From a virus (Duplodnaviria > Caudoviricetes): a stretch of 54,627 bases of DNA. Positions 47,250 to 54,627 of this stretch are shown here, in pieces (the first letter of the stretch is position 1; the number at the start of each line of letters is the position of its first letter). The position numbers and the translations under genes were made by a program. Below the pieces are notes generated by a model that did not search any database, was not told the DNA's origin, and saw nothing but the letters and a program-made list of their open reading frames with translations. The stretch spans positions 1 through 54,627 of the IMG/VR virus record IMGVR_UViG_3300032677_000040; one strand, written 5' to 3'.

Positions 47250-47256
47250 GCCTATT

Positions 47257-47583
47257 ATGAAGACAACAATACCATCTAAAGTTCAGGTAGGTCCGTACCG
47301 GTACTCGATCAAGATCGTCAATCCAAATCAGTTGCCGGAATTGTCAGATTACGGAGCGGCTGACCACCATACGTTAGAAATTAGACTTCGCGAGGGCTTA
47401 TGTGCCGATCAAATGAAGGTGACCCTACTGCACGAGATAATGCACTGTTGCTCGCGTGTAAAATTCGACTACTCAACGGCGTCAGATGTTTCTGAGGAAA
47501 CGTGGATCTCCTTTACTTCCCCAACGCTTTACGGAACGATCCGGGACAATCCGATCGTAAGAAAATTCCTGTTCGGAGATTAA
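47257..47583 (+). CDS. Small HExxH metallopeptidase-like protein
   Basis: IPSKVQVGPYRYSI...TLLHEIMH...EE. Confidence 0.7.
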   Translation: MKTTIPSKVQVGPYRYSIKIVNPNQLPELSDYGAADHHTLEIRLREGLCADQMKVTLLHEIMHCCSRVKFDYSTASDVSEETWISFTSPTLYGTIRDNPIVRKFLFGD

Positions 47584-47586
47584 ACG

Positions 47587-48039
47587 ATGCCCCCCACTGA
47601 CACCACCCCGCAGTCGCAGATCCGGTATTTTAAAAAGCTACTCGCTGCTCTGGTTATTCAGGCTGGTGGAGAACTCCGCATCCCGCAGAAGTTTATCCGG
47701 GAGGTTGCATCGGAGACTTCCCCGCAGGGCCTGTTTGAAGATTCCGACACTCCCGCCGATGAACTTGTGCTACGATTCGGCTCGAAGCTCTCCGCTGTGT
47801 ACACGGTAGAGCCAGAACCATGCGCTTCTCCGACGCCCCGATCACCGACCTCTCCGCAACCATCCCCGCAAGTCGTAGACCCATTGTCCCGCCCGACAGC
47901 GGGACGCCCGCCCCTGACCGACGAGAAGCTGGCACAGATGGAGCGGGCGATAATGCAAAGGAGAGCGCGTATTCGCATGAAGCACGCACAAGAGCAGAAC
48001 AACTCATCCGAGACATCGGAACTGAATTTTCCCGTCTGA
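47587..48039 (+). CDS. Hypothetical protein
   Basis: GGAG RBS; globular N-half, Pro-rich linker. Confidence 0.6.
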   Translation: MPPTDTTPQSQIRYFKKLLAALVIQAGGELRIPQKFIREVASETSPQGLFEDSDTPADELVLRFGSKLSAVYTVEPEPCASPTPRSPTSPQPSPQVVDPLSRPTAGRPPLTDEKLAQMERAIMQRRARIRMKHAQEQNNSSETSELNFPV

Positions 48040-48284
48040 GGAAGCAAAACCGGAGTGGAGCGTGGGCTGACCTTGAGGATAAGATAGCGAAGTCCGGAGA
48101 TGTGATGATTTCGAGTGGAATGATCTCCTCGAAAGACTGGGTAGGGATGCTGATCGACATTGAGCAGTTTCGGAAGGCGGAGACAGGAACAGCGGAGTCT
48201 CCGGGGGATGCCTTGGCAAAGTGGCTGTCGGAAGGCGCGGAAGATAAGCCAAAGCGCAAGAAGGCGAAGGAGGTAGCGCAATGA
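47820..48284 (+). CDS. Hypothetical protein overlapping upstream gene
   Basis: Helical C-half; ATGA-coupled to next gene; start uncertain. Confidence 0.5.
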   Translation: MRFSDAPITDLSATIPASRRPIVPPDSGTPAPDRREAGTDGAGDNAKESAYSHEARTRAEQLIRDIGTEFSRLRKQNRSGAWADLEDKIAKSGDVMISSGMISSKDWVGMLIDIEQFRKAETGTAESPGDALAKWLSEGAEDKPKRKKAKEVAQ

Positions 48285-48718
48285 TGGAACGAAGAGGATT
48301 CTTGAAGAATCTAGCCCCGTTGGCGTTAATTAGCAGCATGTCTCCGCTAGCGGCAATCAAGCACGCGTTTGGTAAGGTGACCACTGCAATCGTTCCAAAG
48401 AAAGTTGTTCCAGTGCGGGACTTCGCTTTGCAAATCGCTGGACGCATTTTGTTTTTGGAATCGAGAGGGGTGAACCTTGACGAGGTCGTTTTTGATGGCG
48501 ACAACATAAGAGTGGCGAGCGGTAACGAGCCTGCGGAATCAGATCCGCTTGTTGAGGTATTTAGCGATACGGAGGTCGATAAATTTAAATGCAACCTGAT
48601 AGCATTTGAACCGTGCGATAGGATTGCTTTTGGGAACGAGAAATTGCTTAATGTCCCATCGATAAACGAGGATTTGAAACGATTGCGGGCAGGATTTGAC
48701 ACTGGACCGGCAAGGTAA
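48281..48718 (+). CDS. Protein with twin-arginine (Tat) signal motif
   Basis: AAGGAGG RBS; MMERRGFLKNLAPLALISSMSPLAA. Confidence 0.65.
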   Translation: MMERRGFLKNLAPLALISSMSPLAAIKHAFGKVTTAIVPKKVVPVRDFALQIAGRILFLESRGVNLDEVVFDGDNIRVASGNEPAESDPLVEVFSDTEVDKFKCNLIAFEPCDRIAFGNEKLLNVPSINEDLKRLRAGFDTGPAR

Positions 48719-48723
48719 TTTAG

Positions 48724-50454
48724 ATGCCCCAATTTGTCGGCTACGACGTAGTAACGGAGCGTAAGACTTCTCCTGCTTACAACAACCCCGACAAGGTAGT
48801 TACGGACCAACTGAACGAACTGGAGCGTATTTCGCGCACCGAGCGCGACAAGCACCTTGGCAAAGACTACTTCGATGACATCAAAGACTTCTACGACCTG
48901 CAAACGGTAGGCTCTGGGTTTGTAAACTCGTTCAAGCCGCAGGTGATGATTCCACAGCTTCAAACCTTGGTACTGAACGAAGCCACCGACATCACCGACG
49001 CCTCAATCAAGGTCTACATCACAAACGACGGGAAGCGGGACAACGACCGCGAAAAATACTATCAGGCCAACTGGCGGCAGGGCTGCTACAACAACCGTAT
49101 TCTGGAATCAATTATCTGGGCCATGCTGACGAATCTGGGTTACCTCCAGATAGGGTTTTCCCCGTCGGCAAGGCGCGGCAAGGGGATGACGTGGATAGAG
49201 TCCCGCGATCCAGCCACGGTGAATCCTGACCCGTTCTGTAAGTCCGATTCAAACTGGTCATGGACGCAGTGGTGGGACTGGATGTACATCGATGAAGTCC
49301 GGAGACGTTGGCCGGACGAGGGCTGGAAGATCAGGCCGAAACTTTATGCCGGCAGTGCAGACCCCTACGGGCAGATTGACACCACGTTAGATTTCCCGGA
49401 ATACTCCCCACTGAGCAACCAAGGGAACGAGCCGGAGAAGCGCATCTTCCGGGATAACCGGGTTCGGGTCAGAAGCACATTCCTGTTTGACAACACGAGA
49501 GAAAAAGTTGAGTCTTACGCTGGTAGTTCTAGTGAAGCTGCTGGTCTGGTTCATCCTCGTTTCGGGTATAAGTACCCGGACGGGCGGTGGCTCGTAGACT
49601 GCGATGACGTGGTTTTAGCGGACGGGAACAACTGGTGTCCGCAGTTGCCTGACGATGAGAGAGGCACGTTTCCGCTCGTCAGGGTGGCCGCCATGCCCAC
49701 GATAGCGAATTTCTGGGGTCCAGCCCCCATAAACCTCTCGCGGAGCCTGCAGAACCTCGGGGAACGTATCTACACCCAGTTGTTCGAGAACATCGTTCGA
49801 ATCAATAACGGCGTGATCGTGTTTGAGGAGCGTACGGGTTTAGATCCCAACTCAATCGGCTGGCTGCCGGGTGAAGTTCTGGTTATCAAGAATGGTTCTA
49901 CTCCCCCGGTGGTGACTCCAATTACTCCCATGCCTCAACACATGATTACCGTGCCGGCGTCCCTGTTTGCGCTGCAAAAGGAATTGCAGGGCTTCTCCGA
50001 GGCTCGCCAGGGGCAGTCTGGGGGCGGGAACGTGTCGCCTGACCTATTTGACGCTACGCTGTGGCAGAGTCACTACCAGACTAGATTACGCGGGCGACTG
50101 CTGGCTGAATCGCTCCAGCGCCTCGCCCAGATTGTGTTCTATACCGACGCGCGGTATAAGAGCATCGCGGACAAAGTTTCCGTTCCCGACAAAGGGGACA
50201 TGATGCGGGCCGAATGGACTCCGATCGATTCGACGTCGATGGATCAGTACGACGCGCAGTTAGATCCCGGTAGCCTCAAGGTAGTAAGCGCGGGGGCCAT
50301 GCGCTCGGTCGTCATGGCGCTGAGTAAGACGGGCATGATTCCGACCGAAACGGTACTAGAAACATTTGATATTCCCGAGGCCCAGAAAATAAGCGAAATG
50401 AACATTCGCGAGAAGGAACTTTCTGCGATGGCTAAACTAAAGAAACCAAGGTAG
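48724..50454 (+). CDS. Portal protein
   Basis: 576 aa between TerL and scaffold/capsid; DPATVNPDP, FPLVRV...FWG...SRSLQ patterns of P22-like portals. Confidence 0.8.
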   Translation: MPQFVGYDVVTERKTSPAYNNPDKVVTDQLNELERISRTERDKHLGKDYFDDIKDFYDLQTVGSGFVNSFKPQVMIPQLQTLVLNEATDITDASIKVYITNDGKRDNDREKYYQANWRQGCYNNRILESIIWAMLTNLGYLQIGFSPSARRGKGMTWIESRDPATVNPDPFCKSDSNWSWTQWWDWMYIDEVRRRWPDEGWKIRPKLYAGSADPYGQIDTTLDFPEYSPLSNQGNEPEKRIFRDNRVRVRSTFLFDNTREKVESYAGSSSEAAGLVHPRFGYKYPDGRWLVDCDDVVLADGNNWCPQLPDDERGTFPLVRVAAMPTIANFWGPAPINLSRSLQNLGERIYTQLFENIVRINNGVIVFEERTGLDPNSIGWLPGEVLVIKNGSTPPVVTPITPMPQHMITVPASLFALQKELQGFSEARQGQSGGGNVSPDLFDATLWQSHYQTRLRGRLLAESLQRLAQIVFYTDARYKSIADKVSVPDKGDMMRAEWTPIDSTSMDQYDAQLDPGSLKVVSAGAMRSVVMALSKTGMIPTETVLETFDIPEAQKISEMNIREKELSAMAKLKKPR

Positions 50455-50462
50455 TTATATCG

Positions 50463-50705
50463 ATGGAGCAGGAAATCACATGGGTTCCCGTATCGGTCAT
50501 CGCCGCGGAGTATCAGCGCACCCCGCAGATGATCCGTAACTGGGTGCGCTCGGGATTCATTGTCGAGATAGGTTTTTCGGTGCGCCGCGACATGACCGGC
50601 CACTTCATAATCGGGGTGCCAACCTCGGAGTATGAGAAGTTCCAAAATGCAAACAATGCAAAACTAGCAAACCAACCTGTTGTAAACCTCTCGCAAATCT
50701 TGTAG
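50463..50705 (+). CDS. Small HTH (MerR/excisionase-like) protein
   Basis: VSVIAAEYQRTPQMIRNWVRSG. Confidence 0.6.
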   Translation: MEQEITWVPVSVIAAEYQRTPQMIRNWVRSGFIVEIGFSVRRDMTGHFIIGVPTSEYEKFQNANNAKLANQPVVNLSQIL

Positions 50706-50716
50706 TTCTCTGAGTC

Positions 50717-50947
50717 GTGGACGGCTTCTACCCTGAGATTGTAGGTCACCGCTTCGAGATCCTCCGGCTGGAAAGCATGGGGGAAATGTGGTACGCCCAA
50801 TTCGCGGTAGATGGCAGGCCATATCCGGCGTTCTTTGAGCCGAAAAGCAATGTGGATGCGATGAAGGAAGACGAATTTTTGGCGTACATGAAGTGTCAAT
50901 CGCTCACGATGGTGGCACACGTCGAGCAGAAAATGGGGCACGCATGA
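50717..50947 (+). CDS. Hypothetical protein
   Basis: 76 aa ORF in the head operon. Confidence 0.55.
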   Translation: MDGFYPEIVGHRFEILRLESMGEMWYAQFAVDGRPYPAFFEPKSNVDAMKEDEFLAYMKCQSLTMVAHVEQKMGHA

Positions 50948-51066
50948 AGGGTCGAGGATCGAAACTGAAAAGATTTGGGCCGCACAAGATGGCGACGAAG
51001 CTCCAGACGAAGCGGAGCGGTGGCCGTGGTGGGCGCATGTCCGGCAAGCGCGGGATGCGGTCCTAG
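50944..51066 (+). CDS. Small very basic peptide (40 aa)
   Basis: Read manually: MKGRGSKLKRFGPHKMATKLQTKRSGGRGGRMSGKRGMRS; ATGA coupling. Confidence 0.65.
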   Translation: MKGRGSKLKRFGPHKMATKLQTKRSGGRGGRMSGKRGMRS

Positions 51067-51077
51067 CGAGGTTGTTA

Positions 51078-51133
51078 AGCAGTAATAGACGCTGATATTG
51101 CTCTGGTGCCGCAAGGCGTCCGTGTTCAGCGTC
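51078..51133 (+). ncRNA. Candidate cis-acting pseudoknot RNA
   Basis: AGCAGTA/TATTGCT stem; loop GACGCTGA complementary to TCAGCGTC; internal GCC-GCAA-GGC GNRA hairpin. Confidence 0.4.
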
Positions 51134-51150
51134 GGAAGGGAGCACACACA

Positions 51151-51219
51151 ATGATCGACCGTTTCGAGTCCCAAGCCCGCAAGGGTGGACGCGGTGGCCG
51201 GAAACACAAGCGCCACTAG
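51151..51219 (+). CDS. Tiny basic peptide (22 aa)
   Basis: GGAAGGGAG RBS; MIDRFESQARKGGRGGRKHKRH. Confidence 0.55.
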   Translation: MIDRFESQARKGGRGGRKHKRH

Positions 51220-51236
51220 AAAGAACGCAAGTCAAC

Positions 51237-51278
51237 TGAACTAGGGGCGGTCCACCGGGGTGTACTGCCCTAAGTTCA
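51237..51278 (+). other. Long imperfect stem-loop before RBS of ORF 51289
   Basis: TGAACTAGGGGCGGTCCAC / GTGTACTGCCCTAAGTTCA; no U-tract. Confidence 0.55.
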
Positions 51279-51288
51279 CAGGGGAAAA

Positions 51289-51492
51289 ATGGCAAAGAAC
51301 ATCCCAGGGTTGCACAACGATAGTCCGTTCAACGCGACTCGCGCGGACCGATTCACAACCCTGAGTCCCGCCCAAGAAAGTTTTGAAGGCAACAACCTGG
51401 CAGACCCTCCCCCGTTTAATGGTGAAGAACCACCGGACCCGCTAGGGATCTGTCCTGAGAGGGACAAAGTTTTTGGAAAGAAGAGGAGATAA
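51289..51492 (+). CDS. Small head-operon protein (DPLG motif)
   Basis: 67 aa, CAGGGG RBS. Confidence 0.6.
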   Translation: MAKNIPGLHNDSPFNATRADRFTTLSPAQESFEGNNLADPPPFNGEEPPDPLGICPERDKVFGKKRR

Positions 51493-51494
51493 AA

Positions 51495-51677
51495 ATGTAT
51501 CCAGACCCCTATGGAAAGGCGACAAAAGCTTTACCCGACATACTCGGACCGCTGAACATCGCATCCCAAGGCGACAAGTTGGTTCCCGAAAACGACATGG
51601 CAGAAGTAGCTCCGTCGTGGGCCTCCGGCAAAGAGAGCAAAGATCCTCTCGGCGTAGTGATTAAAGGCGGCAAATAG
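51495..51677 (+). CDS. Small head-operon protein (DPLG motif)
   Basis: 60 aa, GAGGAG RBS. Confidence 0.6.
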   Translation: MYPDPYGKATKALPDILGPLNIASQGDKLVPENDMAEVAPSWASGKESKDPLGVVIKGGK

Positions 51678-52102
51678 TGGCTGCTGGTCCTGGCGGAATC
51701 GGGCAGTTGATTATGTCTGCACTGCAGGCTCGCACTGGAGCTGGCGGTGGACAGCCCGGTCAGACTATGCCGGGGCAAGGTGGCCCTGACCAGCAAGATC
51801 CCGGAGCGCAGTATGCGCAGCAGGTAGCATCCCTCAAGGGTGCCGACCCCGGAATGCTTCTCCAGACTATGAAGGCCATGAAGCAGCAATGCGCCGTGCT
51901 CATGGTGCAGAACCTTGAACGGCTCCCGAATGTCAGCGGCCAGCTTTCGAAGTTGGTACCCATGTTTGACCGCGTGATTAAGGAGATAAGCCAGGCCCAG
52001 AACGTAAATTCAGCAGTACGAAATCCGATCGGCATGGGGGCCGCGATGCCCCCGACTGATTCACCCAACGCAACCGCTCCACCCAACCCCGGAGGGATGT
52101 AA
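51677..52102 (+). CDS. Head-operon protein (Gly/Pro/Gln-rich ends, helical core)
   Basis: 141 aa, coupled at both ends. Confidence 0.6.
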   Translation: MAAGPGGIGQLIMSALQARTGAGGGQPGQTMPGQGGPDQQDPGAQYAQQVASLKGADPGMLLQTMKAMKQQCAVLMVQNLERLPNVSGQLSKLVPMFDRVIKEISQAQNVNSAVRNPIGMGAAMPPTDSPNATAPPNPGGM

Positions 52103-52902
52103 TGAATCTAGAGCAAGTTTTGCAGGACAAAACAGGCTACGAGGACAGTATTGAGATTGTCATCAAAGGGGAGAAGGTTACCCTTGGCGATTTGCGAACT
52201 CTGTCCGCTACTCAGCAACGTCAACTTTCGGACAAAATTTCTGGTGCCGAACGGCGCGAATCCGAAGCGCGAGATGTGGCCCAGAAGGCTGCCACGATGC
52301 TGGCCGAACTGAAAACCGCCCATGACGCATTACAGGCGCAGCGCACGACCCCGCCAAGTGAGGACGACTTCGACAAGGAAGAGTTCTGGGGCCCCGTGCG
52401 AAAAAGGTTTTCTGATCGTGATGCAAAGATCGATCAGGCCCTCAAGGGGATCGAGGCCCTAACGAACAGCGTGAAGCAGGCCGCTACCATTTGGGCGGAA
52501 GATCGCTTCCAGGGCCAGTTTGAAAAGAACGCCTCCCGGTTGAAGAAGGTTGATCAGTACAAAGACTGGGATTACAAGAAAGTCCGCGACTACGCGGCTG
52601 AGCACAAGGTTCTCGATGACTACGGGATGCCTTCGGTCGAAAGAGCCATTCTCGAACTGACCAAAGCCAACGACATTGAGACGATCCGCAAGGAAGCCTA
52701 CGCGGAAGGCCTGAAAGCCGCCAAGACCAAAAATCGCCTCGAAGCTCAACCCCGCCCCTCGTCCGCTACCGGTGGGCGTCAGCCGGCAGACAAGAGCGCC
52801 GTTGCTGAAATCGGCCTTGAAGGTTTGGGGGATGACGCAATCAATGATCCCGAACTGATGGAAATGTTTGCCCAGATCCAGAATGGTGGAGAAGTTCAAT
52901 GA
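52102..52902 (+). CDS. Putative capsid scaffolding protein
   Basis: 266 aa charged coiled-coil upstream of capsid gene. Confidence 0.65.
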   Translation: MNLEQVLQDKTGYEDSIEIVIKGEKVTLGDLRTLSATQQRQLSDKISGAERRESEARDVAQKAATMLAELKTAHDALQAQRTTPPSEDDFDKEEFWGPVRKRFSDRDAKIDQALKGIEALTNSVKQAATIWAEDRFQGQFEKNASRLKKVDQYKDWDYKKVRDYAAEHKVLDDYGMPSVERAILELTKANDIETIRKEAYAEGLKAAKTKNRLEAQPRPSSATGGRQPADKSAVAEIGLEGLGDDAINDPELMEMFAQIQNGGEVQ

Positions 52903-53252
52903 AAAACGTATCGAGTTTCTTGTCAGGCACGATCGATAAGGCCCTGCTCGCTAACGGCGTGCAGTTGACCGGTAAAGAACTAACTCCGGTTTCAAGGCAG
53001 GTTGCGGAGTACGTCTACCTGAACGAGGAAGCATTCAATAAGGCGTTTGCAGAGGACAAGAAAGTGCGCGCCGAAGTGGATGCCGCCGAAGCACAAGCGG
53101 AGAGAGAACGCGCCGAGGCCGCGGGAGAGCCGGTTAAGGAAGCGCCTGCAAATTTGCAGCCAGCTCCGGCGCAAGGTGGCAAAAGCTGGTGGTGGAGACA
53201 GCAGCAGGCCCGAGCTGTGACGGCAGAAGATCAGGCGGGTGAAAAGGTTTAG
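52899..53252 (+). CDS. Hypothetical protein
   Basis: 117 aa, ATGA coupling. Confidence 0.55.
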   Translation: MKNVSSFLSGTIDKALLANGVQLTGKELTPVSRQVAEYVYLNEEAFNKAFAEDKKVRAEVDAAEAQAERERAEAAGEPVKEAPANLQPAPAQGGKSWWWRQQQARAVTAEDQAGEKV

Positions 53253-53286
53253 TAAGAGGGAGAAAATCACTCCCTAAGGAGACGGT

Positions 53287-54351
53287 ATGTTTTCAGTTAT
53301 TCGATGGCTGGCGAGTTTCTGGATTAGGCAGATTCTAAACGCCATAGCACCGACCATTGGCGTCGTGGGTACTGGAATCTACTCGCCACCTGCGTTGATG
53401 CAGAACACGCTCGACGCTTTGACCCAGAAGAAAATCGCACCATATCTCGCGGACATCGTGAACAAGCCATCTCCGACGCATTGGGCCTTGCAGCGGTCGG
53501 GGAAGCATGTTACGGGTGGAGCTTTGATCTTTCCGCTGTTGACGGCAGAGGACCCCGCGGGCGGAGCGTTCTGGGGTGACCAGAATTTGAACACGTCGGT
53601 ATTTGATCCGGTGATTCCGGCTGAGCAACAGTGGCGGTTTTACTATCAGAACATAGCCATTGCGACGACCGACATCATTCTCGGATCTGGCGGGGCGTCT
53701 GCAGTAGACATCGTGAAGGCGAAGATGCAAATCGGGGCGGCATCATTGCTGCCGAAATTGGCCAGAGCGAACTGGGGCATTTACCCACAGAATACGTCGA
53801 TTGACATCGACAACATCCCGAACTGGATTGGGGTTCAGGGGAACACCATCGCTGGCGTCAACCGGTCTACGGTGACGGCTTGGAATCCTGGCGCCGCTGT
53901 ATCGAACGGCTCAGGAGCTTTGACTATTCCGAACTTTGAACAAGCGTATCAGTCGGTAACCTTTGGCTATGACGAGCCGGACACGCTGTTCCTGAACAAC
54001 TACGACTACGGACGATTCAAGACTCAGTTCATCAATGCCGGCGCGGCGCCGGGGTCTGTGGTTCGAATGAATGACAACATCACAGACAAGGAGCCCGCTC
54101 AGCTTGGTCTGCGGTATCACTTCCGCGTGGATAACGCGGTGATTTTGGCCGATCAGTACATCACGGCGGGAACCGGATGGCTGTGGAACTCAAAGTACAT
54201 GTGGATGAACTACCACAAGAACGGTTACTACGTGGTTCGTCCATGGCTGATGTCGAGTTCTCAGGAAGTGATTGCCAGCCGCATTGTGGTGGCAGAACAG
54301 TTGACGAATGTGCGGCCGTTGAGCGCTTGCACGATTACGAACTTAACCTAA
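53287..54351 (+). CDS. Major capsid protein
   Basis: AAGGAG RBS; 354 aa after scaffold; LADIVNKPSP...GKHVTGG..I.PL, IAGVNRS...W, EPDTLF patterns of HK97-fold coats. Confidence 0.8.
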   Translation: MFSVIRWLASFWIRQILNAIAPTIGVVGTGIYSPPALMQNTLDALTQKKIAPYLADIVNKPSPTHWALQRSGKHVTGGALIFPLLTAEDPAGGAFWGDQNLNTSVFDPVIPAEQQWRFYYQNIAIATTDIILGSGGASAVDIVKAKMQIGAASLLPKLARANWGIYPQNTSIDIDNIPNWIGVQGNTIAGVNRSTVTAWNPGAAVSNGSGALTIPNFEQAYQSVTFGYDEPDTLFLNNYDYGRFKTQFINAGAAPGSVVRMNDNITDKEPAQLGLRYHFRVDNAVILADQYITAGTGWLWNSKYMWMNYHKNGYYVVRPWLMSSSQEVIASRIVVAEQLTNVRPLSACTITNLT

Positions 54352-54360
54352 GGAGCAGGT

Positions 54361-54627
54361 ATGGCGTTTAAAAATCGGCTTTTGAGTATGGTCAACGGGC
54401 CTGGAGTTCCACTCCAGAACGATGCGCTGTTCCTCTCGGTGGGCAATGCGCTGACGACGACCAACACGACTTCTTTGACCGGATTGACTCCAACGATTTC
54501 GAAGGGGTTGATTCGGTGCAAGGTGTATCAGGGCTTATCGTCTCCGACGCTGGCGACTTTGGCGCTAATCGTTTCTGACGGAACGACCTTCGTGGAAGTC
54601 TTTGACTTCGCTCCGGGAACTGCTATC
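54361..54627 (+). CDS. Probable capsid decoration/structural protein (3' truncated)
   Basis: AAGGAG RBS; MAFKNRLLSMVNGPGVP... open to window end. Confidence 0.55.
   Translation, partial: MAFKNRLLSMVNGPGVPLQNDALFLSVGNALTTTNTTSLTGLTPTISKGLIRCKVYQGLSSPTLATLALIVSDGTTFVEVFDFAPGTAI

Larger units (their letters stand above)
1..54627. mobile_element. Tailed phage genome (podovirus-like), near complete and circularly permuted
   Basis: TerL, portal, capsid, nozzle/ejection genes, RecT/YqaJ, RusA; no tape measure or sheath; window ends in head genes and starts in tail genes. Confidence 0.9.

Noticed and set aside
51064-51133. Stop-codon readthrough pseudoknot or HDV-like ribozyme
   Set aside because: Readthrough meets TAA after three codons; the P3/L3 elements of HDV-like ribozymes are missing
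1-54627. tRNA, rRNA, CRISPR array, IS element or alternative genetic code
   Set aside because: None recognised; genes tile densely under the standard code with all three stops in use

Overview
The window is almost certainly most of one tailed-phage genome (podovirus-like, circularly permuted); no host genes or att junction are recognisable. Gene order is: tail nozzle/ejection proteins (1-7.6 kb); a ~13 kb block at the tail-fibre position whose products all carry Sec-type signal peptides and many paired cysteines (8.1-21.1 kb); a lysis-type cassette with membrane proteins, a GH99/GH71-like hydrolase and a DUF5675 enzyme (21.1-24.9 kb); a leftward early operon with RecT, YqaJ, a HAD phosphatase and small ORFs (25.3-33.2 kb); a rightward replication operon (initiator, SF2 helicase, primase-type Zn domain, HNH, RusA; 33.3-37.3 kb); a second leftward ORF cluster; an RHH repressor plus a short tyrosine recombinase; a glycosyltransferase-sulfotransferase/methyltransferase pair; then terminase, portal, scaffold and major capsid. 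The most unusual signals are the apparently exported, disulfide-rich tail-fibre/adhesin cluster and a 12-bp palindrome (TGCAAATTTGCA) dispersed across the genome. An Acidobacteriota-like host is inferred only from the style of the secreted proteins. All family calls are by eye from motifs; no database search was run.
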